Origin: an uncultured Ruminococcus sp.
Lineage (GTDB): Bacteria; Bacillota; Clostridia; Oscillospirales; Ruminococcaceae
Assembly (NCBI GenBank): GCA_910584195.1
Contig: CAJTYV010000001.1
Location: 239,728 to 303,727, forward strand
Length of the DNA stretch: 64,000 bases
Direction: 5' to 3'
In this document: positions 21,567 to 29,382 of the stretch, in pieces
Layout of the letters: every line of letters begins with the position of its first letter
Position numbering within the stretch: the first letter of the stretch is position 1
Notes under the pieces: model-generated
The model's input: only the letters and a program-made list of their open reading frames with translations
Told to the model about the DNA's origin: nothing
Databases searched by the model: none
Translations under genes and position numbers: made by a program

Positions 21567-22522
21567 TCAAAAGAGCAAAGGAGCTGCTTGCAGACGGCAC
21601 GGTCAATCGTGTTATGGGCTGGAAAAAGGGCGAATTTGCCTACGATGCAACACCTGCCGTTTTTGAAACGGCGAAAGAAATCGACAGGGACTTTGTGTAT
21701 AATGACTTCACTCAGAACAACCTGTCAAAATATCTAATCAAGGAATCACGGAAAGATGGAAAAATTCTTGCCCTGTTGAAACCCTGTGACACTTACAGCT
21801 TCAATCAGCTCGTTAAGGAACACAGAATTATCCGCGAGAATGTCTACGTTATCGGCATTCCCGGAGGTCCTAAAATAGATATTGAAAAAATAAAGGCAAA
21901 GGGCATCACAGGTATACTCAGCGTGAAAAACGAGAATTATACTCTGAAAATCGAAACTCTTTACGGAGTTGAGACTATGCCTTTCTATGAAGCAGTAAGC
22001 GTTAAATGCGAAAGCTGCAAAAGCAAAAAGCACGTTGTATATGACGAACTTATCGGAGAGGACGGTGACGTCCTTGAATCCAACCGCTTCGATATGGTTG
22101 AAAAGCTTGAAAATATGACTGCTCAGGAACGTTACGATTTCTGGAGGAGCGAGCTTTCAAAGTGCATCCGCTGTAATGCCTGCCGTAATGTATGTCCTGC
22201 ATGTACGTGCGAAAACTGCGTATTTGACAATCCTAAGTCAGGTATCGACCAAAAAGCGGCTGCCGATTCCTTTGAGGAAAATATGTTTCACATTATCCGA
22301 GCTTTTCATGTAGCCGGAAGATGTACAGACTGCGGCGAATGCTCCAGAGTATGTCCTCAGAATATTCCGCTTCATCTGCTTAACAGAAAATTTATTAAGG
22401 ATATTAACTGCCTTTACGGCGAATATCAGGCAGGCGCTGACACTACTTCAAAAGCTCCTCTTACCGATTATAAAACAGACGACTGCGAACCGTCTGTCGT
22501 TCATGAAAGGGGCGCTGAATAA
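21551..22522 (+). CDS. FlxC/HydB-like iron-sulfur subunit
   Basis: Motifs CIRCNACRNVCPACTCENC and CTDCGECSRVCP. Confidence 0.65.
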   Translation: MQEAIIKRAKELLADGTVNRVMGWKKGEFAYDATPAVFETAKEIDRDFVYNDFTQNNLSKYLIKESRKDGKILALLKPCDTYSFNQLVKEHRIIRENVYVIGIPGGPKIDIEKIKAKGITGILSVKNENYTLKIETLYGVETMPFYEAVSVKCESCKSKKHVVYDELIGEDGDVLESNRFDMVEKLENMTAQERYDFWRSELSKCIRCNACRNVCPACTCENCVFDNPKSGIDQKAAADSFEENMFHIIRAFHVAGRCTDCGECSRVCPQNIPLHLLNRKFIKDINCLYGEYQAGADTTSKAPLTDYKTDDCEPSVVHERGAE

Positions 22523-23541
22523 TGCTTAAAATTTCTGCTTCAAATTTAAACTTGCTTTTTGACAGAATTGCCGGAAAACAGACCTTGTATATCCCGGTTG
22601 ACCGCGAACCGAACACTTCCGAGTATAAAAAATACAAGAGCGGAATGATTATGAGCAAAGCTCTTAACACGGTTCGCAGCGCTAAGGACTTCTTCTTTCC
22701 GCAAACTGAAAATCTTGCCGAATTCAAAGTAAGCGGCAAAACTATTGAAGTCAAGGACATCCGTGAGGAAAACGAAGATTTCGTTGTATTCGGAGTACGT
22801 GCCTGCGATGCAAGGAGCTTCGGCATTCTCGATAAAGTATTTCTTTCAGAACCTGTTGACAGCTTCTACAAAAACCGCCGTGAACACGGTACAATTGTAA
22901 CAATGGCATGTACGCGTCCTTCTGAAACCTGCTTCTGCACGGCATTCGGTATTGACCCCACTGTTCCGGGAGGAGATGTTTCGGTATTCTTTGACGGAGA
23001 AAATTATTTCTTCCTTGATAATACGCCGAAAGGCGAAGCCTTTATAGCTTCGGTTTCCGATATGCTGGAGGACGGCGATGCTTCAAAGCTTGCAGAAGTT
23101 CAGGAAAATGCACGAAATACCATGAAAAAGCTTCCACTTGCAAATCTTTCGACCGATTCTTTCGGCGGAGACAGACTTATGGAGCACTTCAAATCAGAAA
23201 AATGGGCTGAACTTTCAGAATCCTGCATAGGCTGCGGCACATGTACTTTCGTATGCCCAACCTGCCAATGCTATGATATTCGTGACTTTGACACTGGAAA
23301 CGGCATAAAGCGTTTCCGCTGCTGGGATTCATGTATGTATTCTGATTTTACGAAAATGGCTCACGGAAATTCCAGAAACTCTCAGCTTGAACGGTTCAGA
23401 CAGCGTTTCATGCACAAGCTTGTATACTTTCCCGCAAACAACAACGGTGAATTCGGCTGTGTAGGCTGCGGACGCTGCTTGTCAAAATGCCCCATATCCA
23501 TGAATATCGTTAAGGTTATGAAAGCGCTGGAGGATAAGTAA
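22522..23541 (+). CDS. FlxB/AsrA-like iron-sulfur subunit
   Basis: Motifs CIGCGTCTFVCPTCQC and CVGCGRCLSKCP. Confidence 0.65.
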   Translation: MLKISASNLNLLFDRIAGKQTLYIPVDREPNTSEYKKYKSGMIMSKALNTVRSAKDFFFPQTENLAEFKVSGKTIEVKDIREENEDFVVFGVRACDARSFGILDKVFLSEPVDSFYKNRREHGTIVTMACTRPSETCFCTAFGIDPTVPGGDVSVFFDGENYFFLDNTPKGEAFIASVSDMLEDGDASKLAEVQENARNTMKKLPLANLSTDSFGGDRLMEHFKSEKWAELSESCIGCGTCTFVCPTCQCYDIRDFDTGNGIKRFRCWDSCMYSDFTKMAHGNSRNSQLERFRQRFMHKLVYFPANNNGEFGCVGCGRCLSKCPISMNIVKVMKALEDK

Positions 23542-24368
23542 TGAATAATGATACTTTAATACCGCTCATCGGAGTGGTTACGGATATACGTCAGGATACT
23601 CCCGATGTCAAAACATTCAGGGTAAATGCTATCGAGGGCGGAAAAGTTTTCGAGCATATGCCCGGTCAATGCGCAATGCTGTCCATTCCCGGTGTGGGCG
23701 AGGGTATGTTTTCAATTACCTCATCTCCTACAAACAAGGAATTTATGGAATTCAGCATAAAAAAATGCGGCTGCCTTACCACTTGGCTTCATGCGATGGA
23801 CGTAGGTCAGCAGATAACCATAAGAGGTCCCTACGGCAACTATTTCCCTGTTGATACTGACCTCAAAGGCAAAGATCTGCTCTTTATTGCCGGAGGTATC
23901 GGACTTGCACCTCTCCGTTCCGTTATAAATTATGTGCGTGATAAAAGAGAAGATTACGGCGATGTTCAGATCGTCTACGGTTCACGTTCTAAAGACGACC
24001 TCGTTGACTATAAGGAAATTATCGATGAGTGGACAGCCGACCCTAATATCGAAGTCAACCTCACCATAGATAATCCGCAGGAGGGCTGGGACGGTCATGT
24101 CGGCTTTGTTCCGAACTATGTCAAGGAGCTTGCTCCATCTACTAATAAGACCGTTCTTGTATGCGGTCCGCCTATTATGATCAAATTTACCCTTGCCGCT
24201 CTCAAGGAACTCGGTTTTACCGATACCCAGGTCTATACAACTATGGAGCTTCGCATGAAGTGCGGCGTTGGCAAGTGCGGCCGCTGCAATATCGGCGATA
24301 AGTACGTCTGCAAGGACGGTCCTGTTTTCCGATTTGATCAGCTTGACGCGCTTCCCGATGAATATTGA
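23541..24368 (+). CDS. FlxA/AsrB/PyrK-like NAD(P)H:FAD oxidoreductase subunit with a C-terminal [2Fe-2S]
   Basis: FNR-like FAD and NAD domains (LFIAGGIGLAPL) and the C-terminal motif CGVGKCGRCNIGDKYVCKDGPVF. Confidence 0.75.
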   Translation: MNNDTLIPLIGVVTDIRQDTPDVKTFRVNAIEGGKVFEHMPGQCAMLSIPGVGEGMFSITSSPTNKEFMEFSIKKCGCLTTWLHAMDVGQQITIRGPYGNYFPVDTDLKGKDLLFIAGGIGLAPLRSVINYVRDKREDYGDVQIVYGSRSKDDLVDYKEIIDEWTADPNIEVNLTIDNPQEGWDGHVGFVPNYVKELAPSTNKTVLVCGPPIMIKFTLAALKELGFTDTQVYTTMELRMKCGVGKCGRCNIGDKYVCKDGPVFRFDQLDALPDEY

Positions 24369-24395
24369 CCCACTATAAAATTACTATCTGCAATT

Positions 24396-24448
24396 TTATC
24401 GGGGGACTCTGTCCCCCGCCCCCCCTGCCAAAGGGGTGACCCCTTTGG
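24396..24448 (+). terminator. Two consecutive perfect GC-rich hairpins downstream of the flxA-like gene
   Basis: gggggac tct gtccccc followed by ccaaagggg tga cccctttgg. Confidence 0.5.
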
Positions 24449-24654
24449 AATCTCTGTTGTCGTAAGTGAGACGGTATAAAGTCTCCGTATTTATTAATAG
24501 CTCATATTTCAATGACTTTATACCGTCTAACTTACGATAATGGGTTCAAAGAATTATCCCTTGACAAGAAGTACGAGGAATAAAGCTCTCGTTAAATTGC
24601 GGATAGTATTTACAGAGGGTCTGCCTAAATAGAAAATTACAAAGGAGTTAAAGC

Positions 24655-25329
24655 ATGGATAATATGGTTAATGTCTACCTGTTCGGCAAAAAATACAGCG
24701 TGCCGTCAGGACTGACTATTATGACAGCTATGGAATATGCCGGCTATGAGCTTGTTAGAGGCTGCGGATGCAGAAACGGCTTCTGCGGCGCATGCGCCAC
24801 TATATACAGAATCAAGGGACAGCAGCAGCTTAACGCCTGCCTTGCATGTCAGACTGAGGTTCAAGAGGGAATGTACGTTGCTGCACTTCCTTTCTTTCCC
24901 CTTGTCAAGCAGGTCTACAACATTGAAGAAATAAAACCCACTGAACAGATCATGATGCAGCTTTATCCTGAAATATACGCCTGCATCGGCTGTAACGCAT
25001 GTACAAAGGCATGTACTCAGGAGCTTAACGTTATGCAGTATATCGCATATGCTCAGAGAGGCGAATACGAAAAATGCGCTGAGGAAAGCTTTGACTGCGT
25101 AATGTGCGGCGTATGTTCATCGCGTTGTCCCGCCGGCATCTCACACCCTCAGGTAGCTATGCTTGCACGCCGTCTTAACGGTAAATACCTTGCTCCCGGC
25201 TGCGGTCATCTTGAGGATCGTGTAAAGGAGATCAACGAGGGAACTTTCGAAGAACTCATCGAAAGCCTTATGCAGAAGCCCATTGACGAGATCAAGGAGC
25301 TTTACAATACGCGCGAAATTGAAAAGTAA
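24655..25329 (+). CDS. frdB: Fumarate reductase / succinate dehydrogenase iron-sulfur subunit
   Basis: N-terminal [2Fe-2S] motif CGCRNGFCGACA, then CIGCNACTKAC and CVMCGVCSSRCP. Confidence 0.8.
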   Translation: MDNMVNVYLFGKKYSVPSGLTIMTAMEYAGYELVRGCGCRNGFCGACATIYRIKGQQQLNACLACQTEVQEGMYVAALPFFPLVKQVYNIEEIKPTEQIMMQLYPEIYACIGCNACTKACTQELNVMQYIAYAQRGEYEKCAEESFDCVMCGVCSSRCPAGISHPQVAMLARRLNGKYLAPGCGHLEDRVKEINEGTFEELIESLMQKPIDEIKELYNTREIEK

Positions 25330-25342
25330 GGAGGAGCTGGCA

Positions 25343-26947
25343 ATGTATAAAATTGAAAAGCTTAACGAACTGGCAAAAATAGTTGCAGAAAAAAGAGCCG
25401 CAAATGCCGAATTAGAGCCGAAAAGAATGACCGCTGAAGAAAAGGACACTCTCCTTGCCGCTTTTCATCCCGATTATAAGCAGGACGAATTTACCGTGCT
25501 TTCCGCGGGAGTGAACAAAGGCGAAAAAGTTCCCTCACAGCTTGCAGAACTTTTACAGGGAAAAAGCAGAATTTCCGCCGATGACGTTGACCTCTCATCT
25601 CCCGACTATGAAACCGACGTTCTTATAATCGGAGGAGGCGGAGCAGGCGCATCTGCTGCCATTGAAGCCGATGAAGCCGGCGTAAAGGCTATGATCGTTA
25701 CAAAGCTTCGTATAGGCGATGCCAATACAATGATGGCGGAAGGCGGCATACAGGCTGCTGATAAACCCAACGACTCCCCCGCTATCCATTATATAGACGC
25801 TTTTGGAGGAGGTCACTTTGCCGCTAAGCCCGAGCTTGTAAAGAATCTTGTTACAAAAGCTCCCGAAGCAATTCTTTGGCTCAATAAGCTTGGCGTTGAG
25901 TTTGACAAGGAAGCTGACGGAACAATGGTTACAACTCACGGCGGCGGTACTTCAAGAAAAAGAATGCATGCCGCAAAGGATTATTCCGGAGCTGAGATAA
26001 TGCGCACTCTCCGCGATGAGGTTCTTAACAGAGGTATTCCTGTTATTGATTTCACATCTGCTATCGAGATAATTCTCGATGAAAACGGCAGGGCGGCAGG
26101 CGCAGTCCTTATGAATATGGAAACAAAGGAACTTCTTGTTGCCCGCGCAAAAACTGTTATTATTGCTACAGGCGGTGCAGGTCGTCTGCATTATCAGGGA
26201 TTTCCGACCTCAAATCATTACGGAGCAACTGCGGACGGACTTATACTCGGTTACCGCGTCGGCGCAGGTCTGCTTTATGCAGATACGCTTCAATATCACC
26301 CAACAGGCACAGGCTATCCCGAACAGATTTTCGGTGCGCTTGTTACGGAGAAAGTCCGCTCACTGGGGGCAAAGCTTGTTAATATTGACGGAGAAGTTTT
26401 CATGAACCCGCTTGAGACCCGTGATGTAACAGCTTCTTCAATTATACGCGAATGTACGGAAAGAAACAAAGGCGTTGAAACACACCTCGGCAAGGCTGTA
26501 TGGCTCGATACACCTATGATCGAGCTTATCCACGGCGAAGGTACTATTGAAAAGAGAATACCTGCAATGATGCGTATGTTCGGTAAATACGGCATCGACA
26601 TACGCAAAGAGCCTATCCTTGTTTATCCTACGCTTCACTATCAGAACGGAGGACTTAATATCTCGGTTGACTGCTCGACAGACGTTGAAAATCTGTATGC
26701 GGCAGGCGAGGTTGCAGGCGGTATTCATGGCAGAAACCGTCTCATGGGCAATTCTCTGCTTGACGTAATCGTATTCGGAAGAGATGCAGGCAAGAATGCG
26801 GCTGCAAAGGCTAAGGACATATCAGCGCCTGAAAAGCTTACTCTTGCTCATATCGAAAGATTCAATAAGGAACTTGCAGAAGCAGGCATTGCAAGCGATA
26901 CCGTATCCCCGATGCTTCTTCCGCATTATGCAAGAAAATCAAAGTAA
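25343..26947 (+). CDS. frdA: Fumarate reductase flavoprotein subunit, soluble type with non-covalent FAD
   Basis: aaggagg RBS at 25328-25334 and an ATG at 25343. FAD fold VLIIGGGGAGASAAIEA and the QYHPTG and HYQNGGL motifs. The covalent-FAD site reads DANTMMAEGG with no histidine. No FrdC/FrdD anchor is encoded. Confidence 0.8.
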   Translation: MYKIEKLNELAKIVAEKRAANAELEPKRMTAEEKDTLLAAFHPDYKQDEFTVLSAGVNKGEKVPSQLAELLQGKSRISADDVDLSSPDYETDVLIIGGGGAGASAAIEADEAGVKAMIVTKLRIGDANTMMAEGGIQAADKPNDSPAIHYIDAFGGGHFAAKPELVKNLVTKAPEAILWLNKLGVEFDKEADGTMVTTHGGGTSRKRMHAAKDYSGAEIMRTLRDEVLNRGIPVIDFTSAIEIILDENGRAAGAVLMNMETKELLVARAKTVIIATGGAGRLHYQGFPTSNHYGATADGLILGYRVGAGLLYADTLQYHPTGTGYPEQIFGALVTEKVRSLGAKLVNIDGEVFMNPLETRDVTASSIIRECTERNKGVETHLGKAVWLDTPMIELIHGEGTIEKRIPAMMRMFGKYGIDIRKEPILVYPTLHYQNGGLNISVDCSTDVENLYAAGEVAGGIHGRNRLMGNSLLDVIVFGRDAGKNAAAKAKDISAPEKLTLAHIERFNKELAEAGIASDTVSPMLLPHYARKSK

Positions 26948-27004
26948 ATAAATTTATGGGACGCCCTTAAAAGCGTCCCACTAATTTGTAAAAAGAAAGT
27001 AAGA

Positions 27005-28225
27005 GTGATAAAAATGGATTTTTTTAATGGAATACTTTCCATTCATGGAGTTTCATTCCTTATGGTCTCGGTTATCGCAATTGCGGCTCTGGGATATGTA
27101 ATTGGCAGAATAACGATAAAAGGCATTTCACTTGGAACAGCCGGAGTTTTCCTTGTTGCCCTTGCATACGGCTGCTTTTTCCACAAAGAGCTTTCAAATG
27201 AAATAAATGCAGACTTTGTAAGCGATGCATTAAAGATAGTAGATAATCTTGGACTTATTCTTTTTGTTACGGCAGTAGGCTTTATTGCAGGTCCTAATTT
27301 TTTTGGTAATTTTAAGAAGAATTTCAAGTCGTATGTAGTTCTTGCAGTTATAATAATTTTCAGCGGCGGTCTCGCATGTGCCGGCTGCATTCTTGCAGGA
27401 CGCAATTTCACGGATCGTTCACCGGAGGAATTTACAGCAATACTCACGGGAATACTTTCGGGTGCGCTTACAAGTACGCCCGGATTTTCAGCGGCAAAAG
27501 ACGCAGTAGGTACAAAGGAACTTCAGGACGCAGTTTCTGTAGGCTACGCTATCGCCTATATCTTCGGAGTTATCGGAGTTGTTCTCTTTGTTCAGCTCAT
27601 ACCAAAAATGTTAAAAGCCAATATGTCAGACGAACGTAAGCTTCTCGCTAACATCGACTCCAAAAGTGAAAGGAAAGCTGAAAAAGGCAAGCTTCTTGAA
27701 ATGGACGATTTTGGAATTATGCCTTTTGCGCTTGCGGCGTTTATCGGTATTTTTATCGGTTCTTTCAAGTTCAGGAATTTCTCGCTTTCAACAACCGGCG
27801 GCTGTCTGCTGGCATCTTTGATATTTGGTCATTTCGGAAAAATCGGAAAAATAAACTTAATGCCCAAAGACGGAACTCTTAAGGTTTTCCGTGAACTCGG
27901 TCTGATGTTCTTCCTAATAGGAGCAGGAGTATCAGGCGGAGCTAAATTCGTGAAATATTTTGATCCTATATATTTTGTGTATGGAATAATCATGACGATC
28001 GTTCCCATGATATTAGGTTTCCTGTTTGCTAAATATGTGCTTAAGCTGAGTCTTTTAAACAATCTTGGCTCTATCACCGGCGGTATGACTTCTACTCCTG
28101 CGCTCGGTACTCTTATCAGCACAGCCGGTACCGAGGACGTTGCTTCCGCTTATGCTGCAACTTACCCTGTAGCTCTTATATCGGTAGTTATAGTTTCTCA
28201 GGTATTGATAATGCTCTTCAAATAA
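27005..28225 (+). CDS. AAE-family (AspT/YidE/YbjL-like) transporter, two tandem transmembrane repeats
   Basis: Polytopic 406-aa protein with a two-fold repeated architecture and no TrkA-C domains. Candidate C4-dicarboxylate or aspartate exchanger. Confidence 0.6.
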   Translation: MIKMDFFNGILSIHGVSFLMVSVIAIAALGYVIGRITIKGISLGTAGVFLVALAYGCFFHKELSNEINADFVSDALKIVDNLGLILFVTAVGFIAGPNFFGNFKKNFKSYVVLAVIIIFSGGLACAGCILAGRNFTDRSPEEFTAILTGILSGALTSTPGFSAAKDAVGTKELQDAVSVGYAIAYIFGVIGVVLFVQLIPKMLKANMSDERKLLANIDSKSERKAEKGKLLEMDDFGIMPFALAAFIGIFIGSFKFRNFSLSTTGGCLLASLIFGHFGKIGKINLMPKDGTLKVFRELGLMFFLIGAGVSGGAKFVKYFDPIYFVYGIIMTIVPMILGFLFAKYVLKLSLLNNLGSITGGMTSTPALGTLISTAGTEDVASAYAATYPVALISVVIVSQVLIMLFK

Positions 28226-28244
28226 AAATATAATAGGAACAGAT

Positions 28245-28721
28245 ATGGATATAGAATTTTATTTTCCTATTATAATGGTATCTTTTGGAATTCTGTTTAT
28301 ATTATGGATGTTTTGTAAATGCTATTTTGATAATAAAAAAGATAAAGCCATAATAACGGAAATTTATAAAAAATATGGTGTAAAAACAACAGCGAAAATT
28401 ATTCGCTGCGGCAAACACATTAACACGCAAAGAACTATGCCGTACAAATACGAGTTGTTAGTTGAGTTCAATTACAATAGTCCTATAAAAGGGTGTTTAT
28501 GTCCTTGTCTGGCAAAGATATTAACAAATAATCCAAATTATAAAAATTACGAAAGTTTTATTCCCATAATATACATTCCTCAGTATGCTGATTATGTTAA
28601 TGAATTTGATGATTCAAAAAAATTGTGTCAGAATATAGGCATTAATGTATATCAGTATTCAGATGAAATGATAATATGTACTGATGATATAAATATCCAT
28701 ACAAATTTGAGCGAACTCTAA
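28245..28721 (+). CDS. Hypothetical AT-rich protein with an N-terminal transmembrane helix
   Basis: A 158-aa ORF that is Lys/Asn/Ile/Tyr-rich, with lower GC content than its neighbours. Confidence 0.35.
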   Translation: MDIEFYFPIIMVSFGILFILWMFCKCYFDNKKDKAIITEIYKKYGVKTTAKIIRCGKHINTQRTMPYKYELLVEFNYNSPIKGCLCPCLAKILTNNPNYKNYESFIPIIYIPQYADYVNEFDDSKKLCQNIGINVYQYSDEMIICTDDINIHTNLSEL

Positions 28722-28751
28722 GTCAAAAATTATAACTTATGAGCATAAAAC

Positions 28752-28796
28752 AAACCCGAAAGCAGTTTTAATTACTTTCGGGTTTTACTTCCTTAT
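28752..28796. terminator. Bidirectional terminator (aaacccgaaag ... ctttcgggttt)
   Basis: An 11-bp perfect stem with T/A-runs on both sides, between convergent genes. Confidence 0.6.
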
Positions 28797-28871
28797 AAGC
28801 GTCTGAACTTAAAAATGAAGTTTTAAGGCAACACCGCACAAAACTGTCAAGAGATGTTGCCTTAATATTTT

Positions 28872-29309
28872 CTACTCTTCTAAAATCTGACGTGCCTTTG
28901 TATACTTATTATTCCAGTATTCTATTTTTTCGTCAGAGACAACATTTTTGTCCGTTATTCTGCTTTGATCTGAATTATGAAGCAAATCAGCCATTTTTAC
29001 AGCCTTGGCAATGGGATTTGATTTTATTGCCCTTACATATTCAAAATAATCCGTATCATCACTGTGAGTAAGCAGTTTCAAAGCTTCCGTAACTTCTTTC
29101 GGGAAATCCTTTTCAAGCTGTTCAATGGTAATTTCAGTATCTTCTACAACATCGTGCAGTAAAGCAACGCAGACTGTAATTTCATCGTCCATCTGTTCTG
29201 CAAGATGATACGGATGAAAAATATACGGCACTCCATTACAATCATACTGACCGTGATGCGCATTATAGGCTGTCTGCATTGCCTTATTCGTAAGTGAAGT
29301 ATAAATCAT
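28872..29309 (-). CDS. Small HD-domain (p)ppGpp hydrolase-like protein (RelA/SpoT hydrolase-domain-only, SAH/Mesh1-like)
   Basis: The HD motifs H...HD...LLHDVVEDT and the 145-aa length. Confidence 0.7.
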   Translation of the reverse strand: MIYTSLTNKAMQTAYNAHHGQYDCNGVPYIFHPYHLAEQMDDEITVCVALLHDVVEDTEITIEQLEKDFPKEVTEALKLLTHSDDTDYFEYVRAIKSNPIAKAVKMADLLHNSDQSRITDKNVVSDEKIEYWNNKYTKARQILEE

Positions 29310-29342
29310 ATAGCAGACCCCTTTCCTGAGTTGTATAGAACG

Positions 29343-29371
29343 TTAAGTGGGAGACGCTGTCTCCCACTTAA
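29343..29371 (-). terminator. glmS terminator hairpin
   Basis: ttaagtgggagacgctgtctcccacttaa lies immediately 3' of the glmS stop. Confidence 0.5.
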
Positions 29372-29382
29372 ATATTATTAAA

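Noticed and set aside
25283-25342. Upstream start at 25283 for frdA (ORF-track start, MTRSRSFTIRAKL...)
   Set aside because: It has no RBS and overlaps the frdB 3' end. The ATG at 25343 has a perfect aaggagg RBS 8 nt upstream.
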